In this document: piece by piece, positions 1 to 9,561 of the stretch
How positions within the stretch are numbered: position 1 is the stretch's first letter
Layout of the letters: the number at the start of each line of letters is the position of its first letter
From: Ignavibacteriota bacterium
GTDB taxonomy: Bacteria; Bacteroidota; Ignavibacteria; UBA10030; SZUA-254
Reading direction: 5' to 3'
DNA: 64,000 nucleotides
NCBI GenBank assembly: GCA_963727845.1
Contig: CAVSHI010000003.1
Span: forward strand, 787,764-851,763
Notes under the pieces: model-generated
Databases searched by the model: none
The model's input: the letters and a program-made list of their open reading frames with translations, nothing else
Told to the model about the DNA's origin: nothing
Made by a program: the position numbers and the translations under genes

Positions 1-1876
1 CATCACATTCGTCGATGTCGTCGTCTTCGTTCCCCTGGCGCTCGTTTCGGGATTGATCGGGAATATCATGCGGGAATTCGCCCTCGTGGTCGTCTTCTCC
101 ACCCTCATGAGCCTCTTCGTCTCGTTCACCGTTACGCCGCTTCTTGCTTCACGCTTTGCGAAGCTGGAGCGTCTCACGAAAGGTACTCTTCTCGGAGCGT
201 TCGCTGTATGGTTTGAGCGGCAATTCCACACGCTCCAGGCCCGCTATCTTCAAGTGCTACAATGGAGTTTGCTGAATCGATGGAAAGTTGTCGTTAGCGC
301 CTTAGCCCTCTTTGTAACAACGCTAACTCTTGTTCCGCTCGGTTTCATAGGATCGGAATTTATGACACCCACCGACCGCGGCGAATTCACGGTAACGCTG
401 GAGCTGCCTTCCGGCGTCACACTCGAACGGACAAACTTTGTGACGCACCAGGTTGAGCAATTCGTTTCCACGCTCCCGGAATTGCAGAAAATGTTCGTCA
501 ACGTCGGTGTCTCAACCGAGGGGCTCATCGGACAATCCTCAAACTATGTTTCAGAACTCAATGTCACACTCGTTCCGAAAGAACAGCGAAAGCGGTCGAC
601 CGACGATGTGGGGTTGGAAATCAAACACTGGGTTCAACAGATTCCCGGAGTAAATGTCCGGGTCAGCCCCATCGGAATGTTTGGAACGGCCAACCAGTCC
701 CCGATTGCCATTGTTGTCGGCGGAACCGAGTACGAGGAGGTGCGCCAGACTGCCGAGAAAATTGCCGACCTCGTCAAAACCATTCCGGGCACTGCCGATG
801 TCCGATTGTCTTCCGAGGAAGGAAAACCCGAGGCGCGGATTGAGATCGACCGGGATAAAATGGCCGATCTGGGACTAACCCTGGGCGACGTTGGCGCCGG
901 CCTGCGCGTAGCGTTCAACGGGGACGACGACTCACGGTTCCGCGAAGGCGCCAATGAATATCCCATCCGTGTGGTGCTGGACCAGTTCGACCGTTCGAGG
1001 CCAAGCGACATCGAAAATCTTGCGTTTGTCAATCGAAAAGGTCAGCTCATCGAGCTAAAACAGTTCGCCCATGTGGACATCACCACGGGACCTACAAAAC
1101 TCGGACGCCAGGACCGCAATTATGCAGTTACGGTTTTTTCGCAAGCAGTCGCACGCCCGAGCGGCAACATCATCGGAGATTTCAAGGTGGCTCTTCAAAA
1201 AGCGGGGCTTCCACCCGGTATCAGGATAACTTATCTTGGCGACGAGAAGAACCGTTCCGAGTCGTTTTCCAGTCTGTTACTCGCGCTGGCCGCGGCGATT
1301 CTGTTTGTTTATATGATCATGGTTGCTCTGTACGATTCCTATATTTATCCTTTTGTTGTCTTGTTTTCCATTCCCGTGGCGGTCATCGGTGCCTTCCTGG
1401 CTCTCGCGTTGACGGCAAAGTCTCTCAACATCTTTTCCATGCTTGGAATGATCATGCTGGTCGGCCTTGTCGGGAAAAACGCAATCCTGCTCGTTGACCG
1501 CACAAACCAGATGCGGAGGGAGCTCCAGATGAACACTCACGATGCGTTGATGGAAGCGGCACAAACCCGGTTGCGCCCCATTCTCATGACAACAGCTTCC
1601 ATGATTGTCGGCATGTCGCCGATCGCGTTCGGCGTAAGCGCCGGGTCTGAATGGAAATCCGGTCTCGCCTGGGCTCTTATTGGCGGGCTCGCAAGCTCTC
1701 TGATGTTGACGCTCGTACTTGTTCCAGTTATATATGTGAAGGTCGACCAGTGGCGGGAAACCGTTCCCGCGTCGCTTGCGCGCATCCTCGCAAGGCTGAA
1801 AGCGCGCACGCCGGCCACCGCGCCACTCCCCGTATCAGGCACGACGCAGGAAATCGGCTTGAGTAAGACGAACTGA
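1..1876 (+). CDS. RND family efflux transporter permease (AcrB/CzcA-like), C-terminal ~620 aa; 5' end lies outside the window
   Basis: The frame-2 ORF is open from position 2. The translation shows a typical RND transmembrane bundle (VVVFVPLALVSGLIGNIMREFALVV...), a large periplasmic loop, then the C-terminal TM cluster (LLLALAAAILFVYMIMVALYDSYIYPFVVLFSIPVAVIGAF...), matching the AcrB C-terminal half. Confidence 0.85.
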   Translation, partial: ITFVDVVVFVPLALVSGLIGNIMREFALVVVFSTLMSLFVSFTVTPLLASRFAKLERLTKGTLLGAFAVWFERQFHTLQARYLQVLQWSLLNRWKVVVSALALFVTTLTLVPLGFIGSEFMTPTDRGEFTVTLELPSGVTLERTNFVTHQVEQFVSTLPELQKMFVNVGVSTEGLIGQSSNYVSELNVTLVPKEQRKRSTDDVGLEIKHWVQQIPGVNVRVSPIGMFGTANQSPIAIVVGGTEYEEVRQTAEKIADLVKTIPGTADVRLSSEEGKPEARIEIDRDKMADLGLTLGDVGAGLRVAFNGDDDSRFREGANEYPIRVVLDQFDRSRPSDIENLAFVNRKGQLIELKQFAHVDITTGPTKLGRQDRNYAVTVFSQAVARPSGNIIGDFKVALQKAGLPPGIRITYLGDEKNRSESFSSLLLALAAAILFVYMIMVALYDSYIYPFVVLFSIPVAVIGAFLALALTAKSLNIFSMLGMIMLVGLVGKNAILLVDRTNQMRRELQMNTHDALMEAAQTRLRPILMTTASMIVGMSPIAFGVSAGSEWKSGLAWALIGGLASSLMLTLVLVPVIYVKVDQWRETVPASLARILARLKARTPATAPLPVSGTTQEIGLSKTN

Positions 1877-1881
1877 ACCGC

Positions 1882-2277
1882 ATGAATTTTCATCTGAAAG
1901 AATATACAGCAACAACGGAGGACATCACCGTGACGGTGAGTCCCGTGTATCTCGATGGACAATCGGACATTATGGCAAGAAAGTTTACTTTCGCCTATTT
2001 CATCCAAATCCGGAACAATGGTCCGAACCCGGTGCAGCTTATACGCCGCCACTGGTTCATTCACAATTCTGCGGGAGAGACCAAGGAAGTCGAAGGCGAG
2101 GGTGTCGTCGGCAAGAAACCCATCATCCTGCCGAACCAAATGCATGAGTACAACAGTTTCTGCGTGTTGGAAACGTTCGAAGGATTCATGGAAGGAACTT
2201 TTCTCATGCAACGGCCGAGCGGCGGACAATTCAAGGTGACAATTCCCCGTTTTGTTCTTCGGGCGAAGTCGAACTGA
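1882..2277 (+). CDS. apaG: ApaG (DUF525) protein
   Basis: 131 aa; the motif FAYFIQIRNNGPNPVQLIRRHWFIHNSAGETKEVEGEGVVGKKP is collinear with ApaG. It lies 6 nt after the RND gene. Confidence 0.85.
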   Translation: MNFHLKEYTATTEDITVTVSPVYLDGQSDIMARKFTFAYFIQIRNNGPNPVQLIRRHWFIHNSAGETKEVEGEGVVGKKPIILPNQMHEYNSFCVLETFEGFMEGTFLMQRPSGGQFKVTIPRFVLRAKSN

Positions 2278-2311
2278 GTACCGGTGAATTCTCCCGGCGG
2301 AGAGGGCGCCT

Positions 2312-3322
2312 TTATCTCTGCCCTTGAAGAAATTCCTCGCACTTTTTCACATCCTCCTCGCTTCCCAGGAAAACGGGAGTATGTTGATGGAGCGACGCCG
2401 GCTTGACGTCGAGAATCCGCTGTTTTCCGTTGCTGGCCATTCCACCTGCCTGTTCAATAATGAAAGCAACCGGGTTGCATTCATACGCCAGCCGGAGTTT
2501 GCCTTCAGGGTTTTGCTTGTCGCCGGGGTACGCAAAGATTCCTCCATAGAGCAGTGTCCGGTGTGCATCCCCGACCATCGTCCCGATGTAACGCGAGGAA
2601 TACGGACGTCCGGTCGCTGTGTCTTGCTCCTTCAGGTATTGAAGGTACCGCTTCATTCCGATGTCCCAGTTGAAAACATTCCCTTCGTTCATGCTATAGA
2701 TTCTTCCCTTTTTCGGGATCACGATAGATTCGTGCGAAAGGAGAAATTCTCCGACCGTCGGATCGAGCGTGAAACCGTGGACCCCCCGTCCGGTCGAATA
2801 AACAAATATCGTGCTGGAGCCATAAATGATGTACCCTGCAGCCACCTGTTTGCAGCCGGGTTGCAGACAATCCTCCAGAGTCCCTTTGCCCCCGGGCGAT
2901 ACTCTCCTGTAGACGCTGAAGATCGAACCGATCGTAATATTCGCGTCGATGTTGGAGGAACCGTCGAGCGGGTCGTACAGAAGCACATATTTGCCTTCGG
3001 GATATTTGTCCGGAATGTGCAGGATATCTTCGTTTTCTTCCGACGCCATCACGCACAGGTGGCCGCCGTGATCCATGGCTTTATAGATCGTTTCGTCGGC
3101 AAATTCGTCCAGCTTCTTCACTACGTCGCCGCTGACATTCATCCGGTCGGTGGTCCCGAGAATGTTCACCAGCCCTGCTTTGCTGACTTCCCTCCACACC
3201 AGTTTTGCCGCAAGTGACATGTCGTGCAGCAGACCGGAAAAAGTTCCCGTCGCATTCGGAAACATGCGTTCCTGTTCGTTGATGAAACGCTCAAGCGTCA
3301 TGAATTTTGTTGCCGATGACAT
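2312..3322 (-). CDS. fbp: fructose-1,6-bisphosphatase class 1
   Basis: 336 aa; N-terminus TLERFINEQ...ATGTFSGLL, the LLYDPLDGSSNID metal-binding block and the GYIIYGSST/LLYGGIFAYPGD blocks are typical of FBPase I. Confidence 0.9.
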   Translation of the reverse strand: MSSATKFMTLERFINEQERMFPNATGTFSGLLHDMSLAAKLVWREVSKAGLVNILGTTDRMNVSGDVVKKLDEFADETIYKAMDHGGHLCVMASEENEDILHIPDKYPEGKYVLLYDPLDGSSNIDANITIGSIFSVYRRVSPGGKGTLEDCLQPGCKQVAAGYIIYGSSTIFVYSTGRGVHGFTLDPTVGEFLLSHESIVIPKKGRIYSMNEGNVFNWDIGMKRYLQYLKEQDTATGRPYSSRYIGTMVGDAHRTLLYGGIFAYPGDKQNPEGKLRLAYECNPVAFIIEQAGGMASNGKQRILDVKPASLHQHTPVFLGSEEDVKKCEEFLQGQR

Positions 3323-3484
3323 TCCGACACCTTCCTTGTGAGTGATTCGCGAATCCTTAATTTAAAAATGTACCAAAATGTGGATTAAGTTACAACAGAT
3401 TTCTTGCGTTTTTTGGGATTAGTGCCTATATTGACTGGTGAGTTCACTCAATTTCGCACATCGTTCAAATCTTCTCGGATAAAA

Positions 3485-4219
3485 ATGAAATTCGTTGTCT
3501 GTATCAATCACGTTCCCGACACGGAGACCAGAATCAAACTCGGGTCCGACGGCAAAACCATCGACAAAGCGGGAGTGAATTATGTACTGAATCCCCACGA
3601 TGAGTTCGCCATCGAAGCCGCGCTCCGGCTCAAGGAGAAATTGGGCGGAGAGACCATCGCCCTGTCGCTCGGTGGCGACGCACACAAGGAGACCATCCGT
3701 AAGGCGCTGGCAATGGGCATCGAGAAAGCCGTTCTGCTGAAAGATGATTCCGTCCGCGATTCCTATTCCGTGTCGTTTGCACTCGCGGAAGAGCTCAAAC
3801 GCTTATCGCCGGACTGCATTTTTTTCGGAAAGCAATCCATCGACTATTACGATGAACAGATTCCCGGGCTTGTTGCGGAATTTCTGGGATTCCCTTCCGT
3901 GTCGGTGGCCGTAAAACTGGATGTCGAGAATGGAAAGGTGGTCTGTGAGCGCGAGATTGAGGGCGGCCATGAGGTCGTTGAGACAACGCTGCCTGCCGTC
4001 ATTTCAGCACAAAAAGGCCTGAACGAGCCTCGATATCCATCTCTCAAGGGAATCATGTCTGCGAAGACAAAGCCGATAGAAGAACACCAGCCCGCTGCAT
4101 GCCCGTCGAAGGTTGAAGTCGTAGCAATGAGCAAACCCCCGGGTAAGCAGCCGGGTAAGATCGTCGGCTCCGTTCCCGAACTTGTGCGCCTGCTCCATGA
4201 GGAAGCAAAAGTCATATAG
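3485..4219 (+). CDS. etfB: electron transfer flavoprotein beta subunit
   Basis: MKFVVCINHVPDTETRIKL...VNYVLNPHDEFAIEAALRLKEK is the EtfB N-terminus. I chose the internal ATG at 3485 because the upstream in-frame extension has no homology. Confidence 0.85.
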   Translation: MKFVVCINHVPDTETRIKLGSDGKTIDKAGVNYVLNPHDEFAIEAALRLKEKLGGETIALSLGGDAHKETIRKALAMGIEKAVLLKDDSVRDSYSVSFALAEELKRLSPDCIFFGKQSIDYYDEQIPGLVAEFLGFPSVSVAVKLDVENGKVVCEREIEGGHEVVETTLPAVISAQKGLNEPRYPSLKGIMSAKTKPIEEHQPAACPSKVEVVAMSKPPGKQPGKIVGSVPELVRLLHEEAKVI

Positions 4220-4224
4220 AAAAT

Positions 4225-4439
4225 TATGAGTTGATGAGATTATGAATGGGAGAACGGGTGAAACGGAGATTGGGTGAAAGGTGGTAGGATGTAGGTGGTA
4301 GGAGATAGGGCGTGGGTGATAGAAGACAGAAGCAAAGAGCTAAGGGCTAGAGGCCATGAGATAGAAAAAGAAGCAGTTGTGATTTTGAGAAAAAGAGACG
4401 AGCCATTTCGCTTTTTAATTTTTCATTTTTAATTTTTAA
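4225..4439. repeat. purine-only (GA-rich) tract followed by tandem ATTTTTAATTTTT units between etfB and etfA
   Basis: About 150 nt of the plus strand has almost no C (gggtgaaacggagattgggtgaaaggtggtaggatgtaggtggtaggagatagggcgtgggtgatagaag...). It is followed by atttttaatttttcatttttaatttttaatt immediately 5' of the etfA start. Confidence 0.5.
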
Positions 4440-5420
4440 TTGATTATGAAATTACTGAGCTTTGCGGAGCAACGGGAAGGTAAGTTCAAGAAATCAGCGT
4501 TCGAGGTAACGCAGGCAGCACGGCGCATAGCCGATCAGCTTGGCGCAGAACTCGTCACTCTCGTCATCGGAAGCAAGATAGAAAACATCCTTCCAGAGCT
4601 TGGCAGCTATGGCGCTGCAAAGGTCCTGTACGTCGATGACCCCCGCCTGCATTTCTATTCCACAACCGCGTATTCAAAAATTCTCGCCGAAGTTGCGAAG
4701 CGGGAGCAGGCCGCGATCGTATTTTTGCCAGCGAGCCAGATGGGAAAGGACCTTGCACCCCGCATTGCCGCAAAGCTTGAAGCCGGCCTGGCGGCTGATT
4801 GTGTGGCAATGAAAGTTGAAGGCGGGGAAATCCTCGCGACGAGGCCGGCGTATGCAGGCAAGGCGCTGGTTGATGTGAAAGTCACTTCGGCAACAAAGAT
4901 TTTCTCGCTTCGACCGAACGTTTTCACGGCAATCCCGGCGAATGGCACCAAGATCGATGTGCAGTTATTTGCAATCGAGTTAACGGACGCCGATTTTGCT
5001 TCCCGGGGCGTGAGTGTAAAAGTCAGCGCCGGCCGGCCGGATGTGACTGAGGCGAGCATCATCGTTTCTGCCGGGCGCGGGTTGAAGGGGCCCGAGCACT
5101 TCCACATCGTCGAAGCTCTTGCGGATACGATGGGCGCCGCTGTCGGCGCGTCACGCGCGGTTGTCGATGCCGGGTGGCGCCCGCACGACGAGCAGGTTGG
5201 GCAAACCGGCAAGACGGTTTCTCCGTCGCTTTACATCGCCTGCGGAATTTCCGGCGCAGTGCAACATCTCGCAGGAATGTCCACCTCTAAATGCATCGTT
5301 GCCATTAACAAGGACAAGGATGCCCCTATTTTCCAGATTGCAGATTACGGTATTGTCGGCGACGTGTTTGAAGTCCTCCCGGCATTGACCGCAGAATTGA
5401 AGAAGACACTTGGAAAATAG
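4440..5420 (+). CDS. etfA: electron transfer flavoprotein alpha subunit
   Basis: 326 aa; N-terminal Etf domain and C-terminal FAD-binding region ([12 protein letters not shown]...[13 protein letters not shown]...[29 protein letters not shown]). Confidence 0.85.
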   Translation: MIMKLLSFAEQREGKFKKSAFEVTQAARRIADQLGAELVTLVIGSKIENILPELGSYGAAKVLYVDDPRLHFYSTTAYSKILAEVAKREQAAIVFLPASQMGKDLAPRIAAKLEAGLAADCVAMKVEGGEILATRPAYAGKALVDVKVTSATKIFSLRPNVFTAIPANGTKIDVQLFAIELTDADFASRGVSVKVSAGRPDVTEASIIVSAGRGLKGPEHFHIVEALADTMGAAVGASRAVVDAGWRPHDEQVGQTGKTVSPSLYIACGISGAVQHLAGMSTSKCIVAINKDKDAPIFQIADYGIVGDVFEVLPALTAELKKTLGK

Positions 5421-5480
5421 GTTCGCGGGTGGTACATTGTAGGAAGAATTAAAGGATTTGACCGAAACGAAATTTTTTCT

Positions 5481-6047
5481 GTGACCAAAATTCAAGTCGA
5501 AATATTAGGGTTATCATCAAGCCCCGCAAGCGGCGGAGCGTACGCCCTCATTCTCAAGGAGATGAACGGAGAACGCCGGCTGCCGATCATCATCGGAGCC
5601 TTTGAAGCGCAATCCATTGCACTTGAAATGGAAGGCATCAAGCCTCCCCGTCCTCTCACCCACGATTTGATGAAAAACATCATTGATTCCATGGGTATCG
5701 GGCTCTCTGAAATAGTCATCAACGAACTTCGCGAAGGGACTTTCTACGCAAAAATCAGTCTCGACGGTGAGGAAATCGATTCGCGGCCGAGCGATGCCAT
5801 CGCGCTTGCCGTCCGGTACGGCGTCCCGATCTTTGTAATGGACAAAGTCATGGACGAGGCGGGATTTTATCCGGAGGAAGAGCAGGAACCCGCCAGCGAG
5901 ACCGGTGTCGTCAAGAAAAGCAAGGAACAGAAGCTTACCAAACTCGAAGCGCTTCGCGCCCAGCTCCAGGAAAAGATCGAGCGTGAAGATTATGAACAAG
6001 CTGCGCAGCTCCGCGACGAAATCCGCAAACTCGAAGCTAAGTCTTAA
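5481..6047 (+). CDS. bifunctional nuclease family protein (DUF151/BFN domain) with C-terminal UVR motif
   Basis: The BFN-like core (LPIIIGAFEAQSIALEMEGIKPPRPLTHDLM...SRPSDAIALAVRYGVPIFVMDKV) plus a C-terminal UvrB/C-like helix (EREDYEQAAQLRDEIRKLE). Confidence 0.75.
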   Translation: MTKIQVEILGLSSSPASGGAYALILKEMNGERRLPIIIGAFEAQSIALEMEGIKPPRPLTHDLMKNIIDSMGIGLSEIVINELREGTFYAKISLDGEEIDSRPSDAIALAVRYGVPIFVMDKVMDEAGFYPEEEQEPASETGVVKKSKEQKLTKLEALRAQLQEKIEREDYEQAAQLRDEIRKLEAKS

Positions 6048-6083
6048 GCAACATTCAACGAGGAGGCTCCCGAAGAGAATCCT

Positions 6084-6117
6084 GTCATTCCCGAACGCTT
6101 CTATCGGGAATGACAAG
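6084..6117. terminator. hairpin with 12-bp perfect stem between convergent genes (DUF151 nuclease and truA)
   Basis: tgtcattcccga-acgcttctat-tcgggaatgaca sits in the 140-bp gap between two convergent stop codons. It has no strong U-tract, so it may be a bidirectional or Rho-assisted terminator. Confidence 0.5.
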
Positions 6118-6189
6118 CGGCCTTTGGAATTCATTTGTAATATCAATCGGTCGACATGTTGCTGAGTGAGGACACCAGCCTTCCCCGAT

Positions 6190-6984
6190 CTACCTTGAGC
6201 TGAAGCACGAGATACCCATCACCGGCTCAAGGCGTACGAGTTTTTCATCTCCCGGATAATATACGCGTTCGAGGAATAATCCGGACGGCGGGGCCGTCAG
6301 TTTGGCGGGGGCATCCGATCTGACGTTCAGGAATCTTTCGACTTCCTGAACAGGTAGTTTTCCGCGACCGACCTCGGCGAGAACGCCAACCACCTGACGG
6401 ACCATCTTCCACAGGAAATGGGATCCTTCGATACGCAACAGAATCAGCTCGTCCGCCTCCTTCAGCGTCAACCCTTCGATGAGCACCTTTGTCGATTTCT
6501 CCTCGGGGTCGTCGGCAGTGAATGACTGGGCGTTTTTCATTCCGACAAAGAGCTTCGCGGCATCTCTCATCCTGTTGATGTCCAGAATATCCTTGATCCA
6601 CCACACGTACCTTTTTCCAAAAGCAGTTCGCCTCCGCGAGATCTGGTAGAGATAGCTTCGCGATACCGCATCGTGCCGTGCGTGGAAGTTCCGGTGAGTT
6701 TTTTCTACTTCAAGGATGTTGATATCCGCCGGCAGGAGGTCATTGATCTTCATCCTGATGATTTCGGGGGCAAGGACCGTTTTCACATCGAGGTGGGCGA
6801 CCTGGCGGAGTGCATGAACACCGGCATCGGTCCTGCCGGCGCCGTAGAATTCAAGATCGCTTGTGTCGAACACTTCCCGCGCCGCATCCAATAGCTCTCC
6901 CTGGATGGTGCGGGCATTCTGTTGGACCTGCCATCCGCTGTAGCGCGTTCCTTCGTACTCGAGATAGATCTTAAACCGTGGCAT
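6190..6984 (-). CDS. truA: tRNA pseudouridine(38-40) synthase
   Basis: 264 aa; MPRFKIYLEYEGTRYSGWQVQ...FYGAGRTDAGVHALRQVAHLDV carries the catalytic Asp motif of TruA. Confidence 0.9.
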   Translation of the reverse strand: MPRFKIYLEYEGTRYSGWQVQQNARTIQGELLDAAREVFDTSDLEFYGAGRTDAGVHALRQVAHLDVKTVLAPEIIRMKINDLLPADINILEVEKTHRNFHARHDAVSRSYLYQISRRRTAFGKRYVWWIKDILDINRMRDAAKLFVGMKNAQSFTADDPEEKSTKVLIEGLTLKEADELILLRIEGSHFLWKMVRQVVGVLAEVGRGKLPVQEVERFLNVRSDAPAKLTAPPSGLFLERVYYPGDEKLVRLEPVMGISCFSSR

Positions 6985-7022
6985 TGTAATTATTCTTCAC
7001 TTGTGCGGGACTATTCATTCTT

Positions 7023-7226
7023 AGGCCATAACGAATTCCCCTCCTCCGGAGGGGACAAAGGGGTGGGTTGCTAAGGCACTTCGATTTGTAAATCGCACCC
7101 TGCGGACTCCTTCTCATTTACAGCAGTCACACACCCCTAAATCCCCTCTCAAGGGGGGACTTACTGGTTCCATTCACATGCCATTACAAATTCCCCTCCT
7201 CCGGAGGGGATACAGGGGTGGGTACA
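7023..7226. repeat. left arm of composite palindromic repeat cassette (U1-X-U1') flanking the DUF559 gene
   Basis: U1 = ccat[a/t]ac[g/a]aattCCCCTCCTCCGGAGGGGa[c/t]a[a/c]aGGGGTGGG, a 7-bp stem hairpin plus G-tracts. X = ~90 bp ending cagcagtcacacacccctaaatcccctctcaaggggggacttactggtt. Both recur 3' of the gene. Confidence 0.6.
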
Positions 7227-7585
7227 TTTTCATCAATCCAATCTTCAATGGCCATTACAACACCACGCAGATTGCTCTTCACATCAAGATCGTTGAATCT
7301 CAGAAATTCAACTCCTAACGATCGTAACCGTTTCTCTCGCTCCTTGTCGTGTTCCGTTTTTGCATCATGACTGCAGCCATCGACCTCAATGGCAAGGGAT
7401 AAGTCGCTGCAGAAGAAATCGACGATATAGTTATCAATCGGTTTCTGGCGATGGAAATCGTGCCCTCTCATCTTCTTCCCTTTCAGTTCTTTCCACAGTA
7501 TAATTTCAGCAAGCGTACTGTTGTTTCGCAAACTTTGAGCGAGTTGTTTCAACGCCGGATTGTATGGTATTATTTTCCTTCTCAC
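7184..7585 (-). CDS. DUF559 domain endonuclease-like protein (Vsr/restriction-endonuclease-like fold)
   Basis: LRNNSTLAEIILWKELKGKKMRGHDFHRQKPIDNYIVDFFCSDLSLAIEVDGCSHD is the conserved DUF559 core. The ORF extends to 7651, but its first ~22 codons are read through repeat unit U1, so the GTG at 7585 is the more likely start. Confidence 0.7.
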   Translation of the reverse strand: MRRKIIPYNPALKQLAQSLRNNSTLAEIILWKELKGKKMRGHDFHRQKPIDNYIVDFFCSDLSLAIEVDGCSHDAKTEHDKEREKRLRSLGVEFLRFNDLDVKSNLRGVVMAIEDWIDENVPTPVSPPEEGNL

Positions 7586-7624
7586 CAAATGATCCTCCCG
7601 AGAACACGCCCCTAAATAGCCACA

Positions 7625-7812
7625 ACAAATTCCCCTCCTCGGAGGGGACAAAGGGGTGGGTTGCTAAGCCATAACGAATTCCCCTCCTCCGGAGGGGATA
7701 AAGGGGTGGGTTCTCATTGCACTTTGGTTATTGAGCCGCACCCCAAGAACTCCTTTTCATTTACAGCAGTCACACACCCCTAAATCCCCTCTCAAGAGGG
7801 GACTTACTGGTT
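7625..7812. repeat. right arm of composite repeat cassette (U1-U1-X) flanking the DUF559 gene
   Basis: Two tandem U1 copies (7625-7668, 7669-7719) and a second X copy (7719-7812) about 90% identical to the left X (7075-7168). The cassette ends 7 bp before the pdxJ stop. Confidence 0.6.
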
Positions 7813-7818
7813 TCGGCT

Positions 7819-8538
7819 CTACTCCCCTCGTTTTACCAGCCGCACCATCTCGCGCACGGCCTCATCGAGTCCGACGAAGACGGCGCGCACCATGATAGCG
7901 TGTCCGATGCTGACTTCCTCAATCTCCCGAATTCCGGCAAACGGTTTGATGTTGCCGTAATCGAGCCCGTGGCCTGCATTGACGCCGAGCTCAAGGTCCA
8001 CAGCAAATTTCGCAATCGACCGCAGATGCCGGAGGAGATGTGTTCGCCGGTAGCTTGATCGAGCATTGGCATATTCGCCGGTGTGTATTTCCACCATATC
8101 AGCGCCGACCTCTTTTGATGCTTCAATTTGATCGACCCTCGGATCTACGAAAAGACTCACTGCAATGCCCCGCTGATGCAATTCCGCAACAGCCCGTCGC
8201 ACCGATGCCCTGCGCCGCACGACATCGAGGCCTCCTTCCGTTGTCAGCTCCCGCCGCCGTTCAGGAACGAGAGTCGCCAGCTCCGGCCTGATCCGGCGTG
8301 CAACGGCAATGATCTCCGGCGTTGCCGCCATTTCCAGATCCAGCTTTGTCGTCACCGCTTCACGCAGTCTCTTCACATCGTCGTCGCGAATATGGCGCCG
8401 GTCCTCACGCAGATGACAGACAATTCCGTCCGCGCCGGCTTTCTCGGCAACAAGGGCGGCAGCCACCGGGTCTGGAATATCCCCGCCCCGGGCGTTGCGC
8501 AGAGTAGCCACATGATCGATGTTGATTGAAAGCCTCAT
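7819..8538 (-). CDS. pdxJ: pyridoxine 5'-phosphate synthase
   Basis: MRLSINIDHVATLRNARGG...IVCHLREDRRHIRDDDV is the canonical PdxJ N-terminus; I chose the internal ATG over the longer ORF. Confidence 0.9.
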   Translation of the reverse strand: MRLSINIDHVATLRNARGGDIPDPVAAALVAEKAGADGIVCHLREDRRHIRDDDVKRLREAVTTKLDLEMAATPEIIAVARRIRPELATLVPERRRELTTEGGLDVVRRRASVRRAVAELHQRGIAVSLFVDPRVDQIEASKEVGADMVEIHTGEYANARSSYRRTHLLRHLRSIAKFAVDLELGVNAGHGLDYGNIKPFAGIREIEEVSIGHAIMVRAVFVGLDEAVREMVRLVKRGE

Positions 8539-8545
8539 GGTAGCT

Positions 8546-9469
8546 TCACAATTTTTTTCTGATGATGAACTGAAACCGCTCCGGAGTCCGGCGGATGACG
8601 CTGACTTCCGACGGCGCGGAAACAAGAGGTGTGATTATTCCGGTCGTGTCCTGAACCAGCGCCTCGTACGCTATACTCGCCTGGAAATCCGATGCGGAAA
8701 GTCGTGCGAGCTGGTCTATCCCACCGCGGACAATCAGATCAATTTTCGGGGGGATGAAGATCACTTCCCGGTTCGGGGGCAGCAAGGTCGCGGTGAGGGG
8801 AATTCCGGAAAATGTCTTCTCCGCGAACGGCTGCACATCGACCTGGAGATGCACCGTGGACGGGACCACGTTCAGCGAGAAATCGGTCGGCTCCTCAACC
8901 CCCAGCTCCTCATTGACGGGATTGTGCTGGTTATCGTATTTTCTGTAGACTGTTTGCCACCGTGAGATCGTCTCAATGAGATTGGCGGCTCCGCCGACAA
9001 GAACGCTGTCCGGGAAAATGTGCAACGGGCCGACCTGTCCGTACCCTTCCCGATAACTTAGAATGACCTGGGGGACCAGCGGCACGCGTTTTTCTTTGTA
9101 ATCCGCAAGCGCGAGCACGAGTGTCTCCGGCTTCACATCAACCGGTTGAACTGCCATCGGCAATTTCACATGCTCAAAAAAATCACGCTTTGTAACCATA
9201 TACTCTTCGATGCTCAAGGACAACATGTCGATGTAGTATCTGACATCGCTTGAAAAGTAGATGGCGGCAAGCTGCCAACCGCGCCCCTTAAAGCTGACGA
9301 CGATGGTCTTCGGAACAGCAAACTTAAGTGCCTTCCCTTCTTTTAAATTCTCCACCACCACCGGGACGTGCTTCACCAGCGTGTATTCCTCTGCCATGTT
9401 GATCGAGATCCAGACCAGGATGGCGAAAATTATCGAAGCGATGACGATATGGTAACGTTTTCTTTCCAT
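8546..9469 (-). CDS. YbbR-like domain-containing membrane-anchored protein (CdaR-like)
   Basis: N-terminal TM helix (HIVIASIIFAILVWISI), then repeated beta-rich modules with the spacing typical of YbbR repeats. The assignment is by architecture only. Confidence 0.5.
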   Translation of the reverse strand: MERKRYHIVIASIIFAILVWISINMAEEYTLVKHVPVVVENLKEGKALKFAVPKTIVVSFKGRGWQLAAIYFSSDVRYYIDMLSLSIEEYMVTKRDFFEHVKLPMAVQPVDVKPETLVLALADYKEKRVPLVPQVILSYREGYGQVGPLHIFPDSVLVGGAANLIETISRWQTVYRKYDNQHNPVNEELGVEEPTDFSLNVVPSTVHLQVDVQPFAEKTFSGIPLTATLLPPNREVIFIPPKIDLIVRGGIDQLARLSASDFQASIAYEALVQDTTGIITPLVSAPSEVSVIRRTPERFQFIIRKKL

Positions 9470-9561
9470 TCAGGATGGTAACAAAAAACTCCACTCATCT
9501 CGATGCTGTTCCGGCTGGCCGGAACAGCAAGACGAATGGAGTCATAAGCGACATACCCTTT

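Noticed and set aside
1537-2229. 230-aa minus-strand ORF overlapping the RND pump 3' end and apaG
   Set aside because: Entirely antisense to two well-supported genes; typical GC-rich shadow ORF.
2324-3217. 297-aa plus-strand ORF antisense to fbp
   Set aside because: Shadow ORF opposite a strongly conserved FBPase gene; no motifs.
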